From positions 6,082 through 70,081 of the forward strand of contig JAKPKV010000077.1 in NCBI GenBank assembly GCA_029553475.1: a stretch of 64,000 bases of DNA, written 5' to 3'. Shown here one piece after another: positions 20,061 to 29,496 of the stretch. The translations under genes and the position numbers were made by a program. The notes beneath the pieces were generated by a model, which had not been told where the DNA came from, did not search any database, and saw only the letters and a program-made list of their open reading frames with translations. The DNA comes from Armatimonadota bacterium. Lineage in GTDB: Bacteria > Armatimonadota > Hebobacteria > CAIYQO01. How positions within the stretch are numbered: position 1 is the first letter of the stretch; every line of letters starts with the position of its first letter.

Positions 20061-20593
20061 CACGGCTTCGTATTCCGGGGGGAGAACAACGCTTTCACCC
20101 CCGGCCGGCGCAGCAGCACGATGGAGATGGCCATCAGGATGAGGTAGAGGAGCAGGGGGATGCCGAAAAATACTCCATACATCAGGCCAGTCATATCCCA
20201 GAAGAAGTCTGTATCGCCGCCGGCAACGGCACTGTTCCACTCAAGCAGCAGGCAGCAGGCTAGGGCGATGCATGGCAGCGCGGGCAACAGATGGATGCCA
20301 ACAAATGCCCACCGGGTATGCTGATGCAACCCCGCGGCTCCCGCGCCATTGAGCAGCACAACGAGGAAAAAACACCAGATAGCGATTGCGATATAAATTA
20401 ATCCTGGCCAACGGTTAATAATGCCATATGCGTGTACCGACATGGTCCCATACACGAGCCCATACAGTATCACGATACACACCTGCACTCCCACCACCAC
20501 GCGCAACGTGCGCCCGGCGCGTGTTTCCTCGCTGACCAGTCCTGGCACCACCGGCGTCGGCGGGACCAGTGATGTGCTGCCGTCCTCGTTCAT
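20057..20593 (-). CDS. Hypothetical membrane protein (about 4 TM), lower GC
   Basis: GGAGA RBS, four hydrophobic segments and AT-richer codons than the neighbours. Confidence 0.7.
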   Translation of the reverse strand: MNEDGSTSLVPPTPVVPGLVSEETRAGRTLRVVVGVQVCIVILYGLVYGTMSVHAYGIINRWPGLIYIAIAIWCFFLVVLLNGAGAAGLHQHTRWAFVGIHLLPALPCIALACCLLLEWNSAVAGGDTDFFWDMTGLMYGVFFGIPLLLYLILMAISIVLLRRPGVKALFSPRNTKPW

Positions 20594-20601
20594 CGCATCT
20601 C

Positions 20602-20624
20602 CGCAGACTTCTGAAACAGTTTCT
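20602..20624 (-). repeat. 23-bp motif AGAAACTGTTTCAGAAGTCTGCG (identical at 30504-30526 and 47602-47624)
   Basis: Three exact copies, each containing the palindrome GAAAC-T-GTTTC. Confidence 0.85.
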
Positions 20625-20734
20625 CAGCCAGTTTCATTCGGTGTAGACGGACACCTGTCCTGCCAGTGCGCGCTCCCGGAAGGAAATTCCCCCGTTCACG
20701 CGGAATACTTTCGGCCATTCCGGAGGATGATGGC

Positions 20735-21460
20735 ATGGGTCTTTTCACGCGGCTCTTCGGCGGCGGACGGCATCGTCAGGCGGTGGCGGAGTGCCTGGCG
20801 GCGTTTCCCTTTGCGGTGGAGGCGGCGCCGGGCGCGGCGGCGCTCGCGCGCATGGCGGAGCTGCGCAGCCCCGATTTCATCCCCATCCTGCTGGGCGACG
20901 CAGAGGATCTGCTCGCTCACCACGCGCTGCTCGCCAAGGATCCCTACACCATGCGCGACCTCCTCGGCCGCGTACAGTCCATCGGCATGCCGGAATGGTG
21001 GCTCACCGCGCGCGCGCACGCGCTGGAAGACCGCTTCGCGGAGGTGCTGGGCGCGTGGCCGGAGGAGCCGGCGCCGCTGGATACCGTGCAGGCCCTCTAC
21101 GACGCCGACACCGGCGAGCCGCGCGCGGAAGTCTTCATCGCCCGCCTGCCGCTCGCGCGGAGCGCCGACGCTCCCGCGCTGCTGCGCTTCGGCGGGTGGA
21201 ACGGCAGCCCCTTCCCGGAGGAGCACGTCGCCATCGCCCGCGCCTGGCGGGAAGAATTCGGCGCCGAGATCATCGCCGTCACCGCCAGGACGCTGGAATT
21301 CACCGTCGCCCGCCCCCCCGCCACCCGCGACGCCGCCGACGCGCTCGCCCTCACCCACTTCGCTTACTGCCCGGACATCGTCAACACAGGCGTCGGCACC
21401 CTCAGCAATCTCGCCGCCCGGTTGCTGAACGCGCCGAATTGGTGCTTCCGGTGGGAGTGA
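20735..21460 (+). CDS. DUF4253 domain protein
   Basis: 'GGWNGSP', 'W.EEFGAE', 'LEFTVARPP', 'AYCPDIV' and terminal 'W.F.W'. Confidence 0.82.
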   Translation: MGLFTRLFGGGRHRQAVAECLAAFPFAVEAAPGAAALARMAELRSPDFIPILLGDAEDLLAHHALLAKDPYTMRDLLGRVQSIGMPEWWLTARAHALEDRFAEVLGAWPEEPAPLDTVQALYDADTGEPRAEVFIARLPLARSADAPALLRFGGWNGSPFPEEHVAIARAWREEFGAEIIAVTARTLEFTVARPPATRDAADALALTHFAYCPDIVNTGVGTLSNLAARLLNAPNWCFRWE

Positions 21461-21477
21461 CCGGGGGATGAGGGCGG

Positions 21478-22013
21478 CCCTCACCCCCCGGCCCCCTCTC
21501 CCAGCGGGAGAGGGGGAGTAACGGAGAGGAGGAGCGAATGGATGCTGAGCATTATCGCGGTGGGATGTATTGTGCGGGATTGCTGGCGCGTATGCGGGAG
21601 TTGCGGGCGGCGCAGACACCGGCGGAAGCGTTTTTTTGGGACATGGTGCGCGACCGGCGGTTTTTTGGATTGAAATTTCGGCGCCAGCACCAAATGGGGC
21701 TGTATATCGTAGATTTCTACTGCCATGAGCGAAAGCTCGTGGCCGAGTTGGACGGCGCCGGCCATGATGAACCATCACAGCACACGTATGACATAAATCG
21801 CGACGATTATCTGCATTCCTTTGGCTGCACATTTTCCGCATCCCGAACGACTTCCTCCTTGCCAGCCCCGACCGGGTCTTCCGCGATCTCGCCGCCGTCC
21901 TCCATCTTCCCGATTATCCCTGGGAGCGGGAACGGAGGTGAAGCATCAACATCGGTTCCCGTCTTCCCGCCACTCCCCCTCTCCCGCTGGGAGAGGGGGC
22001 CGGGGGGTGAGGG
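21478..22013. mobile_element. DUF559 nuclease cassette bounded by perfect 42-bp inverted hairpin repeats
   Basis: ccctcaccccccggccccctctcccagcgggagagggggagt at 21478-21519 and its exact reverse complement at 21972-22013. Confidence 0.75.
21538..21941 (+). pseudogene. DUF559 (Vsr-like PD-(D/E)XK) endonuclease with a 1-nt frameshift near 21830
   Basis: 'RELRAAQTPAE..FW...RDRRF.GLKFRRQH.MG.YIVDFYC....LVAELDG..H......D..RD.YL..FG' continues in the -1 frame as 'IFRIPNDFLLASPDRVFRDL..' to TGA at 21939-21941. Confidence 0.85.
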
Positions 22014-22074
22014 TCGCGTTCGGAAAAGGTGATCCGCCACCCACACAGAATATCCGCACGTGAGGTATGCTCCC

Positions 22075-23709
22075 ATGCCGATACGTCTGCTGTGCCTCAT
22101 GCTGCTGTTCGGCGCGCTGCTCCCCGGCCTCGCCGAGGAGCTCCGGTATTATTACACCGGCACCGTCAACGGCGCCCTCGCCGTGCAGATGGAGTTGTCG
22201 TTCGACGGCGACCGGGTAGAGGGGCATTATTTCTACGAGACGGTGGGCGCGGACCTCCGCCTGGACGGCAACCGCACGGGGACGGCGCTGGCGATGGAGG
22301 AGCTGGTAGACGGGAAGGTGACCGGCGGCTTCACCGGCAGGCTCTCCGCCGACCTGCGCGCGATCACCGGCTCTTGGGTCAATCCCGACGGCACGCGCAA
22401 GCTGCCGTTCACCGCGACGGCGGTGGCGCAGTATAAACCCGTTCTCGTGAAGAGGCCGGGGTACGAGCTGACCGGCCGCTACCCCGTCTTCCTCGGCGAG
22501 GGGGCGGCGCTGCAGGCGCTGACCAAGCAGCTCGGCTGGCGGGTGGCGGGGGCGCAGGCGGCTTTCCTGAAGGAGACGGTGCGCGCGCCGGACGTGGAGT
22601 ACGTCGCCGATTTCACGCAGGAATACAGCATCGGCATCGCCTATTATCACCCCGAACTCATCAGCCTGCTCGTCCATGAATACGTGGACGCCGGCGGCGC
22701 CCACCCGAATCTGCGCTACGCCTCCGCGAATTATGCAATCGCCGGCGAGCAGCCGCGGCTGCTCGGCCTGCGCGACCTGCTGCGCGGCGATAACCCGCAG
22801 GCGACGCTCTTCCCGCCGGTGAAGGCCGACCTGGACCGCCAGGCGACGGCGCGCGGCACGGCGGTGTGGGAGCTCTTCACCGCCGATGACCTGTCCGTGT
22901 ACACCCTGCGGCCGGCCGGCTTCACCTTCTACTTCGCGCCCTACGTGGCCGGGCCGTATGCCGCCGGCCCGTACCAGGTGGCGCTGCCCTACCACGCGGT
23001 GATGACCGCCATCAACTGGGGCGGCCCGCTGCCCCTCTTCCTGCGGCTGGACAGCCCGGGCGCGAAGCCCGGCGTGGACCCGGTGACCGGCCTGGGGGCG
23101 GCGGAGGCGGCGAAGCTGGGCATGGACGCCTTCGCCGAACGCTACCTCCAGGCGGTGGGCTTCACCGGCGAGAACGCCACCGCCTGGATGGTACGCCAGG
23201 CGCTGGACACCTACACCGCGCTCAAGCACGCCTGGAATGATCGCGAGGCGAAGGCGCTGCCGGCGGCGAGGCACACCCAATATACCCGCGTCCGCGCGGT
23301 GATGGCGCGCCTGTTGGCACACCGCTACGCCCTCGAATGGCTCACCTGCGGCGGCACCATCCTCTACGACTTCGCCGCCGATGACGCCGCCGGGCAGGCC
23401 GATACCCTCGGCGCGCTCATTGACGCGCTGCGCCCGCCGGACGCCAAAGACCCCGCCGCCCGCGCGCTGGCGCGTGCCGACCTGGCCGCCGCGCAGGCCG
23501 CCGTCGCCGCCCGCCCGCGGACGGTAGCGGCGGAGGAGTGCCTGGGCGATCCGCAAGACTACGCCGTCCACCTCAGCGCCCTCACCCGCGCCGTCGCCGA
23601 TGCCCACGCCCTCGCCCAAGAACTCCCCGACCGCGCCGCCGCCCTCCTCGCCGCCGTCACGCTGGAGATGGCGAAGCCGGTGGCTATTGGGCCGGATGAG
23701 GAGGAATGA
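22075..23709 (+). CDS. Secreted protein with a DUF4163/DUF3298 (PdaC/RsiV-like) region
   Basis: Signal peptide, 'Y.DAGGAHPN' and 'FYFAPYVAGPYAAG...V.LPY'. Confidence 0.75.
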   Translation: MPIRLLCLMLLFGALLPGLAEELRYYYTGTVNGALAVQMELSFDGDRVEGHYFYETVGADLRLDGNRTGTALAMEELVDGKVTGGFTGRLSADLRAITGSWVNPDGTRKLPFTATAVAQYKPVLVKRPGYELTGRYPVFLGEGAALQALTKQLGWRVAGAQAAFLKETVRAPDVEYVADFTQEYSIGIAYYHPELISLLVHEYVDAGGAHPNLRYASANYAIAGEQPRLLGLRDLLRGDNPQATLFPPVKADLDRQATARGTAVWELFTADDLSVYTLRPAGFTFYFAPYVAGPYAAGPYQVALPYHAVMTAINWGGPLPLFLRLDSPGAKPGVDPVTGLGAAEAAKLGMDAFAERYLQAVGFTGENATAWMVRQALDTYTALKHAWNDREAKALPAARHTQYTRVRAVMARLLAHRYALEWLTCGGTILYDFAADDAAGQADTLGALIDALRPPDAKDPAARALARADLAAAQAAVAARPRTVAAEECLGDPQDYAVHLSALTRAVADAHALAQELPDRAAALLAAVTLEMAKPVAIGPDEEE

Positions 23710-23748
23710 ACGCCGCGCGGTAACACGTTTCCCCGCGGTTGCGTATAA

Positions 23749-23896
23749 ATCGTCATCATCGTCATCATCGTCGTCATCGTCGTCGAAGGATTGGACGTCA
23801 CAGGTTGCAGGTTGCACTCGTCGGTATCGCGTTCTGTTGTCCGAAGTAGGGGGGATGGGTGGATGAATACGATGACGATGACGATTACGATGACGA
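23749..23896. repeat. Inverted pair of hexamer tandem repeats (CGTCAT)n ... (ATGACG)n
   Basis: Tracts at 23749-23785 and 23870-23896; internal caggttg duplication near 23800. Confidence 0.8.
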
Positions 23897-23944
23897 GGAA
23901 ACGGGTACGCCCCGCACAAGACTGCTCGTCCAGGGAGGAAGCTG

Positions 23945-25027
23945 ATGCTCGCACGCCGGATCGTCTCGCTCTACATCCTCGCCGCGCTCCTCGTCATCGG
24001 GGCGGCGGTCTATCTCTTCTGGCCGCGCCCGCCGCTGCCCATTGACCTGCCGGACTACGTGAGCCCCATTCCGGGGATTTCGGCGGAGAATTATCCCACG
24101 GTGAACGGCTCCACCTCCACCTTTCCGCTCGGCGAACTGCTGCTGGCGAAGGCGCTGCGGCTGCCGGCGGAATCGCGCCGCGTGGCGTATAGGCACGATC
24201 CCGAACGCTCGCTGATGGTCACCTTCCCGCGCCACCTGGATATCGAGAAGGTGCGGGTGTATACGGAGACACAGTGGCGCGTATACCACCAGGGCACGCA
24301 TACGGCATACGAGCGCCTCATCACCGATCCGCGGCGCGAGCGCGACCCCCGCGAAGGGATGGCTGCCCGATCACCCATGCAGCCGAATACCGGCCTCATC
24401 CTCGTCGCCCGCGAGCCGTCCGACGACGAGCTGGCGCTGGCGAAGGAGCACGGGGTGGAGCTGGACGTGCGCCCCATCGCGCTGGACGCGTTCGTCTTCG
24501 TGGTGAACGCGAAAAACCCGGTGGAATCGCTGACGCTGGACGACATCCGCCGGATTTATACCGATAACATCGTGGAGTGGCGGCAGGTGGGCGGCAAAGC
24601 GGGGAAGATCCGCCCCTTCACGCGCAATGCGAACTCCGGCAGCCAGGAGCTGATGGAGAAGCTGGTGATGAAAGGCGTGAAGATGCCGGCGCATGCGGAT
24701 CGCATGGCGCTGACGATGATTGACATCCTCGACCGCGTGGCGGAGGAGCCGAACGCCATCGGCTACTCGGTCTTTTACTACGAGGCGATTATAGCCCCCA
24801 ACGCGAAGAACCGCCTGCTGGCCATTGACGATATTCAGCCCACCGCCGAATCCATCGCCGACGGCAGCTACCCGCTGGTGGAGCCCGTCTACGCCGTCAT
24901 CCGCGCCGACGCGAAAGAGGGCAGCCCGGAGCGCCGCCTGCGCGACTGGCTGCTCAGCCCCAACGGCCAGCAGCTCATCCGTCAGAGCGGATACATCCCG
25001 ATCATCGCCGCGCGGTCGGGCGCGTGA
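23945..25027 (+). CDS. PstS-family (phosphate-binding-like) substrate-binding protein
   Basis: 'NGSTST.PL', 'PIALDAFVFVVN..NPV..LT..DIRRIY', 'RNANSGSQ' and 'AIGYS'. Confidence 0.82.
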   Translation: MLARRIVSLYILAALLVIGAAVYLFWPRPPLPIDLPDYVSPIPGISAENYPTVNGSTSTFPLGELLLAKALRLPAESRRVAYRHDPERSLMVTFPRHLDIEKVRVYTETQWRVYHQGTHTAYERLITDPRRERDPREGMAARSPMQPNTGLILVAREPSDDELALAKEHGVELDVRPIALDAFVFVVNAKNPVESLTLDDIRRIYTDNIVEWRQVGGKAGKIRPFTRNANSGSQELMEKLVMKGVKMPAHADRMALTMIDILDRVAEEPNAIGYSVFYYEAIIAPNAKNRLLAIDDIQPTAESIADGSYPLVEPVYAVIRADAKEGSPERRLRDWLLSPNGQQLIRQSGYIPIIAARSGA

Positions 25028-25199
25028 GCGCCACTCGTGCGCGTACCTCGTCCTCGATGCGTTCTGCTGGCGGGCGCGACGCCCTCGCGCCCGCCAGTGC
25101 TCTCCGCGCGTTCGCCGTGCCATATTCCGCTCCTCGCCCGGCAGGGGATTTTTCCGCCGGCGCGGAAATCTTTCCGCGCATCACATTCCGGGAGTTCTC

Positions 25200-27431
25200 A
25201 TGAGCCACTCGTACGATTGGCACTTTCCGTTGCCGCGCACCCATACCGGCATGCTGCTGGGCAATGGCGTCTTCGGCGCGATGATCTGGGGCGAGGGCGG
25301 CGTGCTGCGCGTGACGCTGGGGCGCGCCGACCTGTGGGACCACCGCGGCGGCATCCGCTGGCACGCGGCGATGTCCTACGCCAATATCCGCGCCGCGCTG
25401 GAAGCGGGAGACGAAAGGCGGCTGTGGGAGCTGTTTTCCGCCCCCGCGAACGCGGAGGGCGAACCGAAATATCCCAGCATCCTGCCCATTGGCCGCTTTG
25501 AGCTGGATTTCGGCCCCGACGCCGTGTTGACGAAAGGCACGCTGCACCTCGACGATGGCGTGGCCGAGGTGAAACTGACGGTGCATGGCCGCTCGCACAC
25601 CGTGCGGCTGGCGATGGACATGGATGCCCCCGTGCTCGGCATCGCGTGTCCGAAAGAGTTGGCGATGCCCGTCCCGCGCGGCGTCCCCGCCTGGGAATAC
25701 GTGGGTGAGTATCTCGCGAGCATTGCCTTCTCCGCGCCGCACGTCATCAACGAGGACGATTGCCGCGGCTGGGTGCAGGCGCGCCCCGCTGACCCGCCGC
25801 TGTGCGTGGCCGCGCAGGCGCGCGGCCGGGAGCTCTACCTGGCGGCGGTCATCGGGGAGGAGGCGGCGCCCGCCGCGCGCGCGGAGATCGCCGCTGCCGC
25901 CGCGGACGGCTTCCACGGCCTGCGCACGCGCGCCCGCGCCTGGTGGAACGCCTACTGGACGACGGTGCCGGCGGTGGAGATCCCCAACGCGCGCCTGCAA
26001 TTCCTCTATGACTACGGCATGTATAAGTTCGCCGGCCTCACCAATCCCGCCGGCGTGCCCGCCACCCTGCAGGGGCCGTGGATCGAAGAGTATCAGATGC
26101 CCCCGTGGAGCAGCGACTACCACTTCAACATCAACGTGCAGATGTGCTACTGGCCGGCGTATCACGGCAACCGGCTGGAGAACCTGAAGCCGCTGTTTGC
26201 GATGATCGAGAGCTGGACGGAGACGCTGCGCCACAATGCCCGCGTCTTCCTCGGCCTGGAGGACGGCCGCATGCTCCCCCACGCGGTGGACGACCGCTGC
26301 ACCTGCATCGGCGGCTTCTGGGGCGGCTCGCTGGACCACGGCTGCACCGCCTGGGTGGCGCAGATGATGTATCGCTACTACCGCTACACCATGGACGACG
26401 CGTTCCTGCGCGACACCGCCTATCCCTTCATGGTCGGCGCCATGCGCGTCTACGCGGGCATGCTGGAGCGCGACGGCGAGGCGTACAGCCTGCCGGTGAG
26501 CGTCTCGCCGGAGTACTTGACGAAGGATACGCGCTCCGCCTGGGGGCGCAACGCCAGCTTCCAGCTCGCCTGCGTGCACCGCTTGCTCGAAGATCTGGGG
26601 GACGCCGCCGCGGTCCTCGGCCTCGCGCCCGACCCGCAATGGGCGGAGATCCAGCGGCGCCTGCCGACGGCCTGCCTCATCGCCGGCGACGGCGGCGAGC
26701 AGCTCGCCATCTGGGAGGGCGTGGAGTTGGAGGAGAGCCACCGCCACCATTCGCACCTGGCCGGCATTACCCCCTTCGACGTGCTCGACGCCGACGACCC
26801 CGCCTGGCGCGACATCATCCAGCGCAGCATCGCCCGCTGGCTTTACCGCGGCCCCGGCCTCTGGTCCGGCTGGTGCGTGCCCTGGGCTTCGATGCTGCAC
26901 ACGCACCTGGACAAGGGGGAGGCGGCCGAGCTCTACCTGGAAATCTGGGAGCGCGTCTTCACCAACGAAGGCTTCGGCACGCTGCACGACGCCCACGTGC
27001 CCGGCTTCTCGCTCTTTTATCCCGGCAGCTATTTCGGCTTCACCAACCGCCCGAAGGAAGTGATGCAGATCGAGGCCGGCATGGCCGCCACCGCCGCCAT
27101 CCAGGAGATGCTGCTGCACACCCGCCGGGGGGTGAACTACCTCTTCGCCGGCGCCCCCGCGCGCTGGCGCGCGGCGTCCTTCCGCGGCATGCGCACCGAC
27201 GGCGCCTTCCTGGTGAGCGCCGAGCGCAAGGCGGGCACGGTGACCCGCGTGACGGTGGACAGCCCCGCCGGCGGCCCCTTCCGCCTCGCCAACCCCTGGG
27301 GCGATGGGCCGGTGACGGTGAAAAGCGCGGAAAAAACGGAAACGTATACCGGCGCCGTGCTGGAGATTCCCACCGAAGTTGGGATGAAGTATGAGATGAT
27401 GAAAGTGTCGGTGAACGCATCGCGTCGCTGA
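25200..27431 (+). CDS. GH95-like alpha-L-fucosidase ((alpha/alpha)6 barrel)
   Basis: 'GMLLGNG..GAMIWG', 'LQGPW', 'WSSDYHFNINVQMCYWP', 'SVSPE' and 'SHRHHSHL'. Confidence 0.8.
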   Translation: MSHSYDWHFPLPRTHTGMLLGNGVFGAMIWGEGGVLRVTLGRADLWDHRGGIRWHAAMSYANIRAALEAGDERRLWELFSAPANAEGEPKYPSILPIGRFELDFGPDAVLTKGTLHLDDGVAEVKLTVHGRSHTVRLAMDMDAPVLGIACPKELAMPVPRGVPAWEYVGEYLASIAFSAPHVINEDDCRGWVQARPADPPLCVAAQARGRELYLAAVIGEEAAPAARAEIAAAAADGFHGLRTRARAWWNAYWTTVPAVEIPNARLQFLYDYGMYKFAGLTNPAGVPATLQGPWIEEYQMPPWSSDYHFNINVQMCYWPAYHGNRLENLKPLFAMIESWTETLRHNARVFLGLEDGRMLPHAVDDRCTCIGGFWGGSLDHGCTAWVAQMMYRYYRYTMDDAFLRDTAYPFMVGAMRVYAGMLERDGEAYSLPVSVSPEYLTKDTRSAWGRNASFQLACVHRLLEDLGDAAAVLGLAPDPQWAEIQRRLPTACLIAGDGGEQLAIWEGVELEESHRHHSHLAGITPFDVLDADDPAWRDIIQRSIARWLYRGPGLWSGWCVPWASMLHTHLDKGEAAELYLEIWERVFTNEGFGTLHDAHVPGFSLFYPGSYFGFTNRPKEVMQIEAGMAATAAIQEMLLHTRRGVNYLFAGAPARWRAASFRGMRTDGAFLVSAERKAGTVTRVTVDSPAGGPFRLANPWGDGPVTVKSAEKTETYTGAVLEIPTEVGMKYEMMKVSVNASRR

Positions 27432-27438
27432 TCCGCCA

Positions 27439-27467
27439 TTGACGCCTGCAACGGCACGAATCATAAT
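27439..27467 (+). promoter_or_regulatory. Sigma70-type promoter TTGACG-N17-CATAAT
   Basis: Near-consensus hexamers with a 17-bp spacer, directly upstream of the 27483 ORF. Confidence 0.6.
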
Positions 27468-27482
27468 AGCCATGGTACGACG

Positions 27483-27674
27483 ATGAAACGCATCATTAAA
27501 AAAGAGTTGGATCAGGAGTTGCGCGCACGCGGCCTGCCGGAATTTGCGCGGGAATTGGCCGCGCGCTATGGCTACGACCCGATGCAGCGCAAGCTCGCTC
27601 GGAACCCTGATGAACAGGCGCTGATCGATGAAATCAGAGGACAAATCCGCCATTCTGGCCCGGCATCGGCGTGA
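27483..27674 (+). CDS. Small hypothetical protein (63 aa), partner of the downstream nucleotidyltransferase-like gene
   Basis: Follows a sigma70-like promoter, is charged and helical, and overlaps the next ORF by 47 bp. Confidence 0.55.
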   Translation: MKRIIKKELDQELRARGLPEFARELAARYGYDPMQRKLARNPDEQALIDEIRGQIRHSGPASA

Positions 27675-28257
27675 GTTAGAGCAGCACGGATATGGTGCAG
27701 ACCTGCGAGAGAACCTTACGTTTATCGCCGGAGTCATCTCCACAACTTGTCGGGAACTCGGCAGCGTGGTTCCCGTCATCGTCGGCGGGTTTGCTGTCGA
27801 AATCTATACCATGGGGCAGTATCTCACCCATGACCTTGATATGATCACCACAGCCAATATTGATCTCGAGGAGATAATGACCGGGCTTGGGTTCACGCAG
27901 CGACTGGGCAATCGGTACTGGACTCATTCAGCACTTGGTGATGTCGTCGAATTCCCACCTCCGCCCCTGGAAGGCAGCCAGGAGCGAGTCACCATTATGG
28001 AGCTTGAAAACGGTGCCGAAGTGCTGCTCATTGGGGTTGAGGATCTGCTGCTTAACCGGTTGGAAGAATTTGTGTTCTGGGCGCATTCCAGCCGTACGGC
28101 GTCATCTGCACTGCAGTTACTCCTGTTGCTCAAAGCGCATGGCGACCGGCTAGATTGGCCATATCTTGAGCGGGAAGCAGAGAAACGCGAAGTCGCTGAA
28201 GGCTTGCAACGCATACGCGCCATTTATGCGGAAGAAACCACGACGCATGATGCATAA
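27628..28257 (+). CDS. Nucleotidyltransferase-fold protein (DUF6036-like), low GC
   Basis: 'VIVGGFAVEIYT.G.YLTHDLDM' (GG..A...T.D.D), 'IGVEDLLLNRL' and 'LDWPYL'. Confidence 0.72.
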   Translation: MKSEDKSAILARHRRELEQHGYGADLRENLTFIAGVISTTCRELGSVVPVIVGGFAVEIYTMGQYLTHDLDMITTANIDLEEIMTGLGFTQRLGNRYWTHSALGDVVEFPPPPLEGSQERVTIMELENGAEVLLIGVEDLLLNRLEEFVFWAHSSRTASSALQLLLLLKAHGDRLDWPYLEREAEKREVAEGLQRIRAIYAEETTTHDA

Positions 28258-28283
28258 CCAGCTACGAACGTGAAAGGTTTGTC

Positions 28284-29495
28284 ATGACTACCGCCTACCC
28301 CACCGCTGACCGCATGGCCTGGTTCCGCCAGGCGCGCTTTGGCCTGTTCATCCACTGGGGGCTCTACTCGCTGCTGGAAAAGGGCGAGTGGATCTTCCAC
28401 ATGGAAGGCATCCCCGACGCCGAGTACCAGGCGCTGGCCGACCGCTTTGACCCGCAATCGTTCGACCCGCGCGCCTGGGCGCGGCTGGCGAAGCGCGCGG
28501 GCATGGGCTACGTGGTCTTCACCACCAAGCACCACGACGGTTTTTGCCTGTGGGACACCGCCACCACCGATTTTTGCTCGACGAAGCATGGCGCGAAGCG
28601 CGATTACGTGCGCGAGGTGACGGAGGCTTTCCGCGCCGAGGGGCTGAAAGTGGGCCTCTACTACTCGCTGGGCGACTGGCACGTGCCCTGCTACAAAGCG
28701 GTGGCCGCGGGGGACGGCAGCCAGGTGCCCGCGCTGCGCGACTACCTGCACACCCACGTCCGCGAACTGCTCTCCAACTACGGCCAGATTGACCTGCTCT
28801 GGTACGACGGCGCGTGGTTCGACGACAACTACCTCACCGCCGAGACGCTGGGCGCGGCGGAGTTGAACGCCATGGCCCGCGCGCTGCAGCCGCGCATCGT
28901 CATCAATCCCCGCGCCGGCACCGCGGAAGATTTCGACACCTGTGAGAACGAGTGCAAGCCCGCCCCATACGGCACCGATTGGGAGATGTGCATCTGCATC
29001 AACGATATCTGGGGCTATTGCAAGCACGACTACAACTACAAGACGTACAACCAGCTCATCTTCCAACTGGTGAACTGTGCGGTGCAGGGCGGCAACTACC
29101 TGCTGAACGTCGGCCCCACCGGCGACGGCGTCATCCCCGGCGCGCAGGCCGAACGCCTGGAAGCCGTCGGCCGCTGGATGGCCGTGCACGGCGAGTCCGT
29201 GCGCGGCACCGAGCGCTTACAACGCCCCTTCTTCGCCTTCGGCCGCGTCACCCGCAAGGCGAGCCGCGTCTACCTACACGTCTTCTACTGGCCCGGCTCC
29301 ACGATGGCCGTCGCCAACCTCGGCCCCGACGTCTGGTGGGGCGAGACCCCCGGCGCCCTCCCGGTCACCGCCCGCATCCTCACCACCGGCCAACCCGTCC
29401 CCTGCCACTGGGAAGGCGACCGCCTCATCATCGAAGGGTTACCGGAGAACCCGCCCGATCAGGCGGATACGGTGGTTGTGGTCGAACAAGGGTGA
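28284..29495 (+). CDS. Alpha-L-fucosidase, GH29
   Basis: 'WFRQARFGLFIHWG', 'TTKHHDGF', 'GLYYS..DW', 'LWYDG' and 'LLNVGP'. Confidence 0.93.
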   Translation: MTTAYPTADRMAWFRQARFGLFIHWGLYSLLEKGEWIFHMEGIPDAEYQALADRFDPQSFDPRAWARLAKRAGMGYVVFTTKHHDGFCLWDTATTDFCSTKHGAKRDYVREVTEAFRAEGLKVGLYYSLGDWHVPCYKAVAAGDGSQVPALRDYLHTHVRELLSNYGQIDLLWYDGAWFDDNYLTAETLGAAELNAMARALQPRIVINPRAGTAEDFDTCENECKPAPYGTDWEMCICINDIWGYCKHDYNYKTYNQLIFQLVNCAVQGGNYLLNVGPTGDGVIPGAQAERLEAVGRWMAVHGESVRGTERLQRPFFAFGRVTRKASRVYLHVFYWPGSTMAVANLGPDVWWGETPGALPVTARILTTGQPVPCHWEGDRLIIEGLPENPPDQADTVVVVEQG

Positions 29496-29496
29496 T

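Noticed and set aside
21946-23919. 657-aa minus-strand ORF with a poly-Asp run
   Set aside because: It is the antisense shadow of the real + strand gene; the poly-Asp comes from the intergenic hexamer repeat.
28262-28270. CTACGAACG matching the end of the RAYT REP arm just after the NTase cassette
   Set aside because: Only 9 bp with no hairpin or partner arm, so it cannot be distinguished from chance.
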